In this document: in pieces, positions 39,034-48,000 of the stretch
Layout: every line of letters starts with the position of its first letter
Position numbering within the stretch: position 1 is the stretch's first letter
Origin: Thermoanaerobaculia bacterium
GTDB lineage: Bacteria; Acidobacteriota; Thermoanaerobaculia; UBA5066
NCBI GenBank assembly: GCA_038245905.1
Contig: JBBRRY010000019.1
Coordinates: forward strand, 1-64,000
DNA length: 64,000 bases
Reading direction: 5' to 3'
The notes under the pieces: model-generated
Told to the model about the DNA's origin: nothing
What the model saw: the letters and a program-made list of their open reading frames with translations, nothing else
Database searches by the model: none
Translations under genes and position numbers: made by a program

Positions 39034-40928
39034 TCTCTTTCTCTGTCGTTCTGAAGAGCAATCCTCGCGAGGCCTTCGTCCGTCCCGACGTAGAGATGCG
39101 TCGGCGCGTCCGCCGGCAGAAACGCCAGGCTGAACACGTCCGGCGAGGGAAGCGGGAGATTCAGCTTCTCGAAGCGCGCGACGCCCGGGTCCGAGCGCCA
39201 GAGGCCCTGGCCCTCAGTCCCGATCCAGACGCGCCCGGAGGGATCCGCGAGCATGGCGCCCGCGTTGATCTTCAGCCCGTCGGTCTCCACGAAACGCTCC
39301 CAGCTTTCGCCGCTCCCTTCGCCCCGGCGCCTGACCACGCCGCCGCCGTACGTGGCGACGAGGAGCGAGTCGCCCGTGTCGCGAAGCGCGGTGATCCACG
39401 GGTGCGGGAGCTTTCCCTCCCCCGCCACCACGCGCGCGACGTGGCGGCCGTCGATCCAGCCGAGTCCCGACGGAGTCCCCACCCAGAGCCGGCCGTTCGT
39501 CGAGGACGCCAGCGCGAACGCCTGGTTGCCCGGCAGGCCGTGGAAAGCCGAGAGCAGCCGCTTCTCGGGAAGAAGGACTCCCTGGCCATAGCCCACCGCG
39601 ACGCCCGAGCGCGTGGCGGCGAGCGAGAAAGCGGCTCCGGGATTGCTCTCTTCCCGGGTGGCCACCGGCCGTCCGTTCTCCAGCCGGACGAGACCCCGCA
39701 GCGTCGCAGCCCAGACCGTTCCCCCGGAGGCCAGGAGAGCGTTCACGCCCCATCCGGAGCTGGCGGGAACCGCGTTCCAGATAAGCCCGTCTTTCATCGC
39801 GACGCCTCTTGCGAGACCTCCGTCGAAGAACCCGGCCCAGAGCGTCGTTCCCTCCGCGGCGAGCGCATTGACGTGGGGGCGGGGAAGCGAGCCGGGCGCC
39901 GCTTCGCGCACGAGGACGAATCCCCGCTCGCGATCGCGCCGCCAGAGCCCGCTCTTTCCGGCCGCGAAAAGCTCTCCGCGGTCCGCGAAGAGACGCGTGA
40001 ACGACTCGGGCGTTCCCTCTTCGGTCCGTGACCCGTCCGGCCCGAGCGAGGCCATGCGATTCGTCTCGCGCTCGGGAAGCATCCGCCAGAGGCCGGCCGT
40101 GAGAGCTCCGTGTCCGGCGTCGCCGCCCCGGGGATGAACTGCGAGCGACGGCGTCTCTCCGTGTGGCGAGCCGTAAGCAATGCCGAGAGGCGTCGCGGCC
40201 CAGAGAACGCTCGCGCCCGCGTCGAACGCGAGTTCCTCGATCCAGGGATCGGGTGTGACCACGCGCCGCACAGCGCCGCCCGAGGCGGAGACGATGCGGA
40301 GCCCCGTCTCGCCGCCCGCAGCGATCTCGCCAGACGGAAGAAGAGCAATCGCCCGGACACTTTCGCCGTCGACGCGCTCGATCTCGCTCGAGCCGAACGC
40401 AACCCGAAAGAGTCCCTGCCGTGCGCCGACCAGGAGCTCACCACCCTCGGTCTCGACGAGGGCGCGCACGTCGAGGCGCCCCCAGGACGACGTCGCCTCC
40501 TCCGGTCCGCCCTGCGTGAGCCGTCCCCATCCTCCGCGCTCGGCGGCGAAGACCAGCGTCTCCCGCCAGCTCGCGACCGCCCGCTGGCGGAGGGTGGAGA
40601 GCCCCGCGATCGGGTCGAGGCGGCGCGTGCCGTCGGAGAGACCCGCGCCTCCCGCTTCCCAGAGCGCCCCGCCCACGACGGCGAGAGACGCGATGCTGGC
40701 GTCTCCCGTCAACGCGACGGCCGCGGAGGAAGGAGAGACGACCGCCCGAAACAAGAGAGGACGAATGGTCTCGGCGCGGAGGCGCTCGGGGGAAGCAGCC
40801 TCGCGAGTCTTCGCGGCGACGTGCCGGAGCCACAGCGCGCCTGCCGACGCGAGTGCCAGGCAGACGAGACCCGTCCCGAGGAGCGCGGCTCTTCGAAGAC
40901 CCTTGAGGGACACGGCGCGGATCTTAAT
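39030..40928 (-). CDS. Exported beta-propeller protein (two-component-regulator-propeller-like repeats); start ATT 40928 or GTG 40913
   Basis: Repeated blades LWAGFFDGGL, VWAATLRGL, LWVGTPSGL, LLVATYGGGV, VWIGTEGQGL, LYVGTDEGL; N-terminal signal or anchor. Confidence 0.8.
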   Translation of the reverse strand: MKIRAVSLKGLRRAALLGTGLVCLALASAGALWLRHVAAKTREAASPERLRAETIRPLLFRAVVSPSSAAVALTGDASIASLAVVGGALWEAGGAGLSDGTRRLDPIAGLSTLRQRAVASWRETLVFAAERGGWGRLTQGGPEEATSSWGRLDVRALVETEGGELLVGARQGLFRVAFGSSEIERVDGESVRAIALLPSGEIAAGGETGLRIVSASGGAVRRVVTPDPWIEELAFDAGASVLWAATPLGIAYGSPHGETPSLAVHPRGGDAGHGALTAGLWRMLPERETNRMASLGPDGSRTEEGTPESFTRLFADRGELFAAGKSGLWRRDRERGFVLVREAAPGSLPRPHVNALAAEGTTLWAGFFDGGLARGVAMKDGLIWNAVPASSGWGVNALLASGGTVWAATLRGLVRLENGRPVATREESNPGAAFSLAATRSGVAVGYGQGVLLPEKRLLSAFHGLPGNQAFALASSTNGRLWVGTPSGLGWIDGRHVARVVAGEGKLPHPWITALRDTGDSLLVATYGGGVVRRRGEGSGESWERFVETDGLKINAGAMLADPSGRVWIGTEGQGLWRSDPGVARFEKLNLPLPSPDVFSLAFLPADAPTHLYVGTDEGLARIALQNDRERE

Positions 40929-41109
40929 GGCTGCCTCCTCCGTTTCGTGAGAAACGCACGGGTCGTGCCGGCCCACTGGACAGCGCCCGTACTTCTTACG
41001 CCGATCCACGTGTTTTCCGTTTCGAAGAAGGTGCACCCCTTTGGAGATTACGGGCCTCGCCGTGTCGTTCTCGGCGCGCCGCCCCCTGCTAACCTTCCGG
41101 CAGACCGTC

Positions 41110-42084
41110 ATGAAGCTCGTCATTCAGATCCCCGCCTGGGACGAGGCGGAACAGATCGGACCCGCACTCGCGGAGCTGCCTCGCCGCGTGCCCGGGTTCG
41201 AGTCGGTCGAGACGCTCGTCGTGGACGACGGCTCGACCGACGACACCGCGGAGGCCGCGCGCCGGGCGGGAGCGGGCCACGTCGTCCGGCTTCCCATCCA
41301 CCGTGGACTCGCGTTCGCCTGGCGGGCCGGGCTCGACGCCGCGTTGCGTCTCGGGGCCGACGTCATCGTCTCGACCGATGCCGACCGCCAGTACGCGGCG
41401 GCCGACATCGAGGTGCTCGTCGCGCCGATCCTGAAGGGCAAGGCCGAGATCGTCGTCGGCGACCGCGGCGTCGCGACGAAGGACGACTTCTCCCCCGGCA
41501 AGCGCCTCACACAGCGTCTGGGGTCATGGGTCGTGCGGCGCGTCTCCGGCACCGACGTGCCCGACGCGACGTCCGGCTTCCGCGCCCTCACGCGCGAAGC
41601 CGCGATGCAGCTCAACGTCTTTTCGAAGATGACGTATACGATCGAGACGCTCATCCAGGCCGGCAACAAGGAGATGGCGGTCGCCTCGGTCCCCGTACGG
41701 ACGAACCCGCCCGTCAGGCCGTCGCGCCTCATCCGGCGCACGTCGAACTACGTCCTCGTCCAGGGCGCGAACATCCTGCGGATCACCGCGCTCTACAAGC
41801 CGTTGCCCGTGTTCTTCGGCGCCGCGGCCCTCCTCGCGTTCGCCGGCCTCGCGCTCGTCGCGCGGTACGTCTGGTTCGTCGCGATGGCTCAGAACCCCGC
41901 GGGCCACCTCCAGTCGCTCCTCCTCGCCGCCGTCCTCTTTGTCGCGGCGGTCGTCTGCTTCCTCTCCGGCCTCCTCGCGGACCTCATCTCGATCAACCGC
42001 GCTCTCCTCGAGGAGCTCGTCGTCGAGAAGAGGAGAGATGCTGCTTCGGAGAAAGACAGAGACCCGGGGATTCGGATTTCTTAG
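41110..42084 (+). CDS. Glycosyltransferase family 2 (DPM1-like, C-terminal TM helices)
   Basis: IPAWDEA, VVDDGSTDDT, TDADRQY, DATSGFRA. Confidence 0.9.
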   Translation: MKLVIQIPAWDEAEQIGPALAELPRRVPGFESVETLVVDDGSTDDTAEAARRAGAGHVVRLPIHRGLAFAWRAGLDAALRLGADVIVSTDADRQYAAADIEVLVAPILKGKAEIVVGDRGVATKDDFSPGKRLTQRLGSWVVRRVSGTDVPDATSGFRALTREAAMQLNVFSKMTYTIETLIQAGNKEMAVASVPVRTNPPVRPSRLIRRTSNYVLVQGANILRITALYKPLPVFFGAAALLAFAGLALVARYVWFVAMAQNPAGHLQSLLLAAVLFVAAVVCFLSGLLADLISINRALLEELVVEKRRDAASEKDRDPGIRIS

Positions 42085-42087
42085 AAG

Positions 42088-43050
42088 GTGAGTGAAAGGC
42101 GTAAGAAAATCTTCTCGCTGGCCTGTGTTGCGGCCCTCGTCGTGCTCTTCGGCCTCGCATTCCGACACTCTTCAGCAGAAATCTCTTCCCGTCTCTCCTC
42201 CTCGAACCCTCTTCTCATTGCGCTCGGCTTCCTCCTCAATCTGCTCGCGTTCGTGCCGCGTGCGGTGCGCCTGAATCTCCTGCTGCCGCCGGGCGAAAGC
42301 GTTCCGTTTGGGCGCGCGTGGTCGGTCTCGGGCGCGACGACGTTCCTCCTGCAGGTGATGCCTTTCCGGAGCGGCGAGATCGCCTCATGGGCTTCGATCC
42401 GCGCCGTCCTCGGCGCTACGTGGGCCCGGTCGGGCGCGGTCTTCGCGCTCTCGAAGCTCCTCGACACGGCGACGCTCCTCCTGACGGGCGTCGCCGGCGC
42501 CGCCTGGCTCCTCCTCGCGCGCGGGACGGCCGTCCTCGGGGCGGCCACCGCTGCCGCGTGCGTCGCCGGGGCCGCCGCACTCGTCTTCCTTCCCACGGTG
42601 TCCGGACACCTCGTCGAGCGCCTCGCGCCCCGCCTGCCCGAGGGCAGCCGTCCCCTCGCTTTCGCGGACGAGCTCGCCCTCGGCCTCGCGGTCGCGCGGC
42701 GCGCCCCGGCGCGGTACGCGGGCGCCGCGCTCGCGGCGTTCGCGTTCCTCGGGTTCCACCTCGCGGCGCTCTGGGTCACGGCGAAGGGCCTCGGCCTGCC
42801 GCTCCATCCGGCCGTGCTCTCGGTAGCGCTCCTCGCGTCCATCACGACGGCGGCCGTCGTCCCGTCGCCCGCCGGAACCTTCGGGCCGTACGAATCGGGT
42901 TTCGCCGCCGCGGCCGCGGTGGGAGGCGGACTCCCCCTCGTAGCCGGGGCCGTCCTCGGCGGCCTTCTCCACCTCTTGACGACGCTCGCCGCAGGTGCGG
43001 CGGGCCTGCCGTTCCTGCTTGGACGGTTGAGAGAGAATCCGCGCCCATGA
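42088..43050 (+). CDS. Lysylphosphatidylglycerol-synthase TM / flippase-like membrane protein (UPF0104)
   Basis: Multi-TM; MPFRSGE, PSPAGTFGPYE; adjacent to the GT2. Confidence 0.8.
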   Translation: MSERRKKIFSLACVAALVVLFGLAFRHSSAEISSRLSSSNPLLIALGFLLNLLAFVPRAVRLNLLLPPGESVPFGRAWSVSGATTFLLQVMPFRSGEIASWASIRAVLGATWARSGAVFALSKLLDTATLLLTGVAGAAWLLLARGTAVLGAATAAACVAGAAALVFLPTVSGHLVERLAPRLPEGSRPLAFADELALGLAVARRAPARYAGAALAAFAFLGFHLAALWVTAKGLGLPLHPAVLSVALLASITTAAVVPSPAGTFGPYESGFAAAAAVGGGLPLVAGAVLGGLLHLLTTLAAGAAGLPFLLGRLRENPRP

Positions 43051-45029
43051 AGGCATCGATGACCCACGCGGCAATCGTGCTGCTCTTTGCCGCGGCCTTT
43101 CCCGCGCATTCGCAGAAATCTCCTTCTTCTCCGAAGCAAAAGATTTCCTCTTTCGGCGCCCTCGAGGCGGACTACGTCCGGGCGTTCCTGAACCGGTTCC
43201 CGGTCGTCGCGACGTACCTCGGCGCCGAGGGGCTGGACTCCACGTACGCGGTGCTGGACGGCAAGCTGCGCGACTACTCTCCCGCGGCGCTCCTCGCCGA
43301 GCGCGACGAGTGGCGCGGGTTCGAGGCTCGGCTCGCGAAGGTCGACGAGAAGAGGCTGTCCGAGGCCGACCGCATCGACGCGGCCGTCCTCAAGGCACAG
43401 CTCGCATTCCTCGTCCACAATTTCGACCGGCGCGTGCACGAAAAGGCCCTCGACGTCTTCCTCGAGGAGCCGCTCCGGGGAATCGAATTCACGCTTCAGG
43501 GAATGACGCCCGGCGCGGAAGGGGTCCGCGGTACGGCCGCCGAGTGGCGCGGTGTCGCGTTGCGCGCGGCCGCGGTGCCCGCATACCTGAGGACGGCGCT
43601 CGCGAACGTGCGGCGCGGTGCGTCCGGCAACGCGATCCCGGACCGGCGGCTCATTGTGAGCGCTGTCGACGCGGCCGAGTCGACGGCCGTGTACTTCGAG
43701 AAGAGTCTTTCCGAAACGGCCGCCGCCTGGGGCGCCGGCGCCGACACGAGGTCGGCGCTCTCGGTGGGCTGCCCGGCCGCGGCCGCCGCGTTCCGGGAAT
43801 TTCGCAAAGGCCTCATGGATCTCTTCTTCGAGGCGGGAGGGAAGACTCTCAAGCCGGCTTTCGACAGGGATCGCTTCGCGGCGGGCGAGACGGAGTATTC
43901 GTGGGCGCTCCGGAACAACCTGCGGGTCTCCGCGACCCCGCGCGAGCTCCACACGCGAGGCAAAGCGGCGGTCGTCTCGACGCTGACGCAGATGACGGCG
44001 CTCGCGGGCCGGAGCGCTCTCACGCGGGGCTGGTCCGACACGTCGCTCGCCGGCGTCGTCACGAAGCTCGAGGAGGAGATTCCGAAGACGGACGCCGAAA
44101 TGCTCGCGTCGTACCAGCAGGCGTGCCAACGGCTCGTCGCCTACGGCAGGAAGACGGGAATGTTCGATCTCCCGGCCGGCTACAAGCTCGACGTGATCTT
44201 CACGCCGCCGCCGCTCCGCAACACGATCGACGCGGCGTACTATCCCGCGCCGCAGTTCAAGTCCGGCGGCGTCGGGCAGTTCTACGTGACGCCCACCGGC
44301 GACGATCCCTCCCTCCTTCGGGACCACGCGCGCGCGGCGGTCGCGTCCCTCGCGGCGCACGAGGGATTCCCCGGCCACGACTGGTACTACCAGTTCACCC
44401 GCGCGCACGCGGCGTCCATCCCGGCGACCCGCTGGCTGCTCCCCGGCGGCATCGAGGACTCCGCCTCGATGTGGGAGGACGCGCTCTCGTCCGAGGGCTG
44501 GGCGCTCTACTGCGAGCAGCTCGTCGGCGAGGCGCGCGAGGGCGCACCCGAAGGCTTCTACACGCCCGAGGAGCGGCTCTTCCAGCTCCAGAACCAGCTC
44601 CTCCGGGACGCACGTGTCGTCGTGGACACGGGCCTCCACTGCGGTTACATGTCCTGGGACGACGCCGTCACGTACCTCGCGCGCAACGTGCGCTTCGTGC
44701 GCGGGCCCGTCTCGACCGATCCGAAGGTGAACCCGAGCGCGGCGGAGAGAGCGGCCGTCGACGGAATGCAGAAGGCCGCGTTCCGCTATTCGAAGTGGCC
44801 CACGCAGGCGATCACGTACTTCCTCGGAAAGGCCGAGATCCTCGCACTTCGTGAGGAATGCCGCCGGATCGAAGGTGCCGGCTTCTCCGAGCGGCGCTTC
44901 CACGAGGAGTTCCTCCTGGAAGGGCAGATCCCGCCCGGCATGTTCCGCGGCCGGCTCCTCGCGAAGGCACGGGCCCGCGCGGAAACAACGGGGGCACCGG
45001 ACGCGGCAAGCGTCGGGATCTCGAGGTGA
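43047..45029 (+). CDS. DUF885 family exported protein (putative metallopeptidase)
   Basis: Start ATG 43047 (ATGA overlap); AHEGFPGH, EGWALYCE, RVVVDTGLH, PTQAITYFLG. Confidence 0.88.
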   Translation: MKASMTHAAIVLLFAAAFPAHSQKSPSSPKQKISSFGALEADYVRAFLNRFPVVATYLGAEGLDSTYAVLDGKLRDYSPAALLAERDEWRGFEARLAKVDEKRLSEADRIDAAVLKAQLAFLVHNFDRRVHEKALDVFLEEPLRGIEFTLQGMTPGAEGVRGTAAEWRGVALRAAAVPAYLRTALANVRRGASGNAIPDRRLIVSAVDAAESTAVYFEKSLSETAAAWGAGADTRSALSVGCPAAAAAFREFRKGLMDLFFEAGGKTLKPAFDRDRFAAGETEYSWALRNNLRVSATPRELHTRGKAAVVSTLTQMTALAGRSALTRGWSDTSLAGVVTKLEEEIPKTDAEMLASYQQACQRLVAYGRKTGMFDLPAGYKLDVIFTPPPLRNTIDAAYYPAPQFKSGGVGQFYVTPTGDDPSLLRDHARAAVASLAAHEGFPGHDWYYQFTRAHAASIPATRWLLPGGIEDSASMWEDALSSEGWALYCEQLVGEAREGAPEGFYTPEERLFQLQNQLLRDARVVVDTGLHCGYMSWDDAVTYLARNVRFVRGPVSTDPKVNPSAAERAAVDGMQKAAFRYSKWPTQAITYFLGKAEILALREECRRIEGAGFSERRFHEEFLLEGQIPPGMFRGRLLAKARARAETTGAPDAASVGISR

Positions 45030-45032
45030 TTT

Positions 45033-48000
45033 TCATGGAGGCGATCCTCCCTCAACCTTGAGGACCGTGCCGGCCGAGTAGGCGTTGAACTCGGGGGCGT
45101 ACATGGACTGGACCGTCGCGGGCCCGACGCGGAATGTCCCGGCCATGTTCGCACGCAGCCGGTACTTGAACGTGTACTCGCCGACCGGAAGGCGCTCGAA
45201 GAAGAAGTTCGTCGCCGAGTCGCGCGTCTCCTCGTACCAGGCGATCCCGAGATCCCACTTCCACTTCGAGAGGACGTTCTGGGGCTCGAGACCGGCCGCC
45301 CGCGGGTCCCGCAGATGGACGTACTCGGCGTCGTGCTTCGTCCGGAGCGAGATCTGGACCTCGATCTCGTCGCCCGGCTTGATGACCGCGCCCTCGGCGA
45401 GCGGCGTCAAGGTGAACCCGGTCCCCTTGTTCTCGCGGCGGAAGTACGTCCTGGAGACGTTGAAGAAGTCCCCGCGGTCTTCCGTCGGCAGCTTCTCGGT
45501 CGAGAAGTGCCACGCGGCCGACGCGAAGACGAAGCCCTTGCCTTCCTTCTCCACGATGATGGTGGAGGTCGTCTTCGAATCGACCCTTTCGCCGGGAATC
45601 ACGACCCGGTTGTTCTTGCCGGTGTACTTCTCCGGATCGAACGTGAAGGTCACCTTCTGCGTTCCGACGATCACGGTCGCGTCCTCGGGCGCCCCGAGCG
45701 CGCCCTCCTTCTTCAGGTAGTGGACGAGCGAATAGATGACCTCGGCCGTCGCGCGCGTCGACTTCCACTGGTTGAGCTTCTTGTTCAGGAGGAGCCACTG
45801 GACGAGGCCGTCCATCTTCGGGTTCGCGGGGTCCAGCTCGAGGAGCGTTCGGAGCGCGAACGCGTGCGTCTCGATCGTGTCGTTGTACCAGAGCCAGGAG
45901 CGGTCCTCGGGCGCCCAGAACGTCCCCTGCTCCTCGTTCGACTTCGCCGAATCCATGACGGAATCCCACACGAGCTTCGCGTCGGCGGGGCGGCCCATCC
46001 GCTTGAGCGTGAGCGAGAGGTAGCCCTTGAGGTACGGCGCGTGGTTCCTCCAGTGCTTGAACGAGTAGTCGAGCATCTCCTTGCGCTCGGCGTCCGTGAA
46101 GACGCCGCCCGACCACGAGACGTCGGGATACGTCGAGAGGACGTAGTTCAGGAACGTGACGAACTCCCAGCAGCCGTCCCTCGCCATGCACGCGCGCCAG
46201 TCGCTGCGATAGTGCTGGGCGACGTAACCCCACGCGCGCGTCGTCACGTCCTTCGGCACGTCCACGCCGAACTCGAGGCCCTTCGCGAAGCCGTGGAGGA
46301 TGTAGAGCGTCATGTAGGGCGAGGGCGGGCCGCCCGGGAACCACGGCCACGCGCCGATCGAGGTCTGCGCCTTGCGGAGGCGCGCGAGGGCGGACTCCTG
46401 GTTCGCCTTCGCGACACGCGGGTCGAGGGTGTTGATCGTCTCGATGTCGGTGCGGCCGCCTTTCGCGGTCACGAGCCACGGCGTCTCCTCGAGCGCCATC
46501 TTCCGGTTCGGATCCGTTTCGTCCCACGACTCGAGCGGCGTCGTCCGCTTCGACATCTCGGCCGCCATCTTCGCAACGGCCGGGTAGTCCCGGTAGACGC
46601 TCGACACGATCCCCGTCGAGAGGAACCGGTTCAGCGTCTGCTCCGTGCACTCGTACGGGTAGTTCGTGAGGTACGGCAGCGCCTGCAGGACCGTGTAAAA
46701 GAGCTGCGCGTCGACCGTGACGACCATCTGCTCGTTCACGAGCGTCGGGTCGTCGTTCTTCGCGAGGTCGTCGAAGCGGAGCGTCTTTCGATCCTTGTTT
46801 TTGAGCGTCACGAACCGCGACTGGACGAGGTGCATCCGGCCCGGGAGGACGGGCAGCGGCCGGACCTCACCGTCCGACAGGTCGCCCGAAGTCGCGACGG
46901 CCTTGAAGGCGACGGTCGTCAGGCCCTTCGGCGCCGTGACGGGGAACGTCAGGTTCGTCCCGCCGCCGGCGGGCGCCGTGAACGCGCGAGACGCCGCGCT
47001 CGCCGCGAGACCGAACACGGGGAGAAGACTCTTGCCCGTCGACGGGTCCATGATCTCGAACGCGAGCGAGCCGCTCAGCGGCTTCGCGGACGCGTTGTTG
47101 ACGACGACCTTGATCTCGGCCTTGTCGCCCTCGCGCAGGAAGCGCGGGACGTAGGGGCGGACCATGAGGTCCTTGACCGTCTTCGTCTCGGCGCCCACGG
47201 ATCCGCCGCGCAGGTCCTTCGTGATCGCGTGGACGAATACCCTCCACGACGTGACGGAGTCGGGCACGGTGAACTCGATCGAGGCGGAGCCGTCGGCGTT
47301 CGTCAGGAGCTGCGGCTGCCAGAACGCGGTTTCAGAGAAATTGCTTCGGAGGGCGGTGCCAGCGTCGTCTCCGGTGATGCCGGCCTTTCCGGCGTCGCCG
47401 TCTTTCTTCTTAGACAGTGAATCGGTCTCCTCGTCTCGTCGTTCCTTCGAGTCGGAGAGCTTTCCTTCCGCCGCCACGGACGCCACTTCCTGTCGCGCCA
47501 TCGCCGACTTCATCGCCATTGGCGCCGAGGCGGGGTACGCCTGGTTGTAGGCGCCCCCCATCCCCCGGTTCCGCACGCCGGGACCGCCGATCCCGTAGCC
47601 GCTCTCGAATTTCAGCTGATCGGGGCGGAGGTAAGGAGACGACGGCGGCGACGGGAAGCCGCTGCTCGTGAGCCAGAGCTGCGGGGCCGGACCCAGCGTC
47701 GCGCGAGACACGACCGGCGTCGCGCGGTTCGGGAGCAGCTGGAGCGGGCTGGGCGGGCGGTGCGGGGCGAAGGAGTCGAGGCTCCGGTCGTACATGTACG
47801 CGAGGAGCTCGGCCGTCTCCTTGAGCGGGTGCTCGGGCGTCGCGCCCTTGACCGTCACGCGCCACGTCTCGGTCTGTCCGGGCCGGAGGCGGTCGCGGAA
47901 CGTCGCGAAGGACACCTTCAGCTCACGGTCGTCCCAGGGCACGAGCACGCTCTGGGTCTGCTGGAGGAACTGGTGGTCGCGCACGACCGTCACGGTGACC

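Noticed and set aside
40860-40913. Tat signal peptides (RR) in the propeller, A2M and CtpA, given nearby tatA/tatC
   Set aside because: None matches S/T-R-R-x-F-L well, and RR pairs are common in high-GC proteins.
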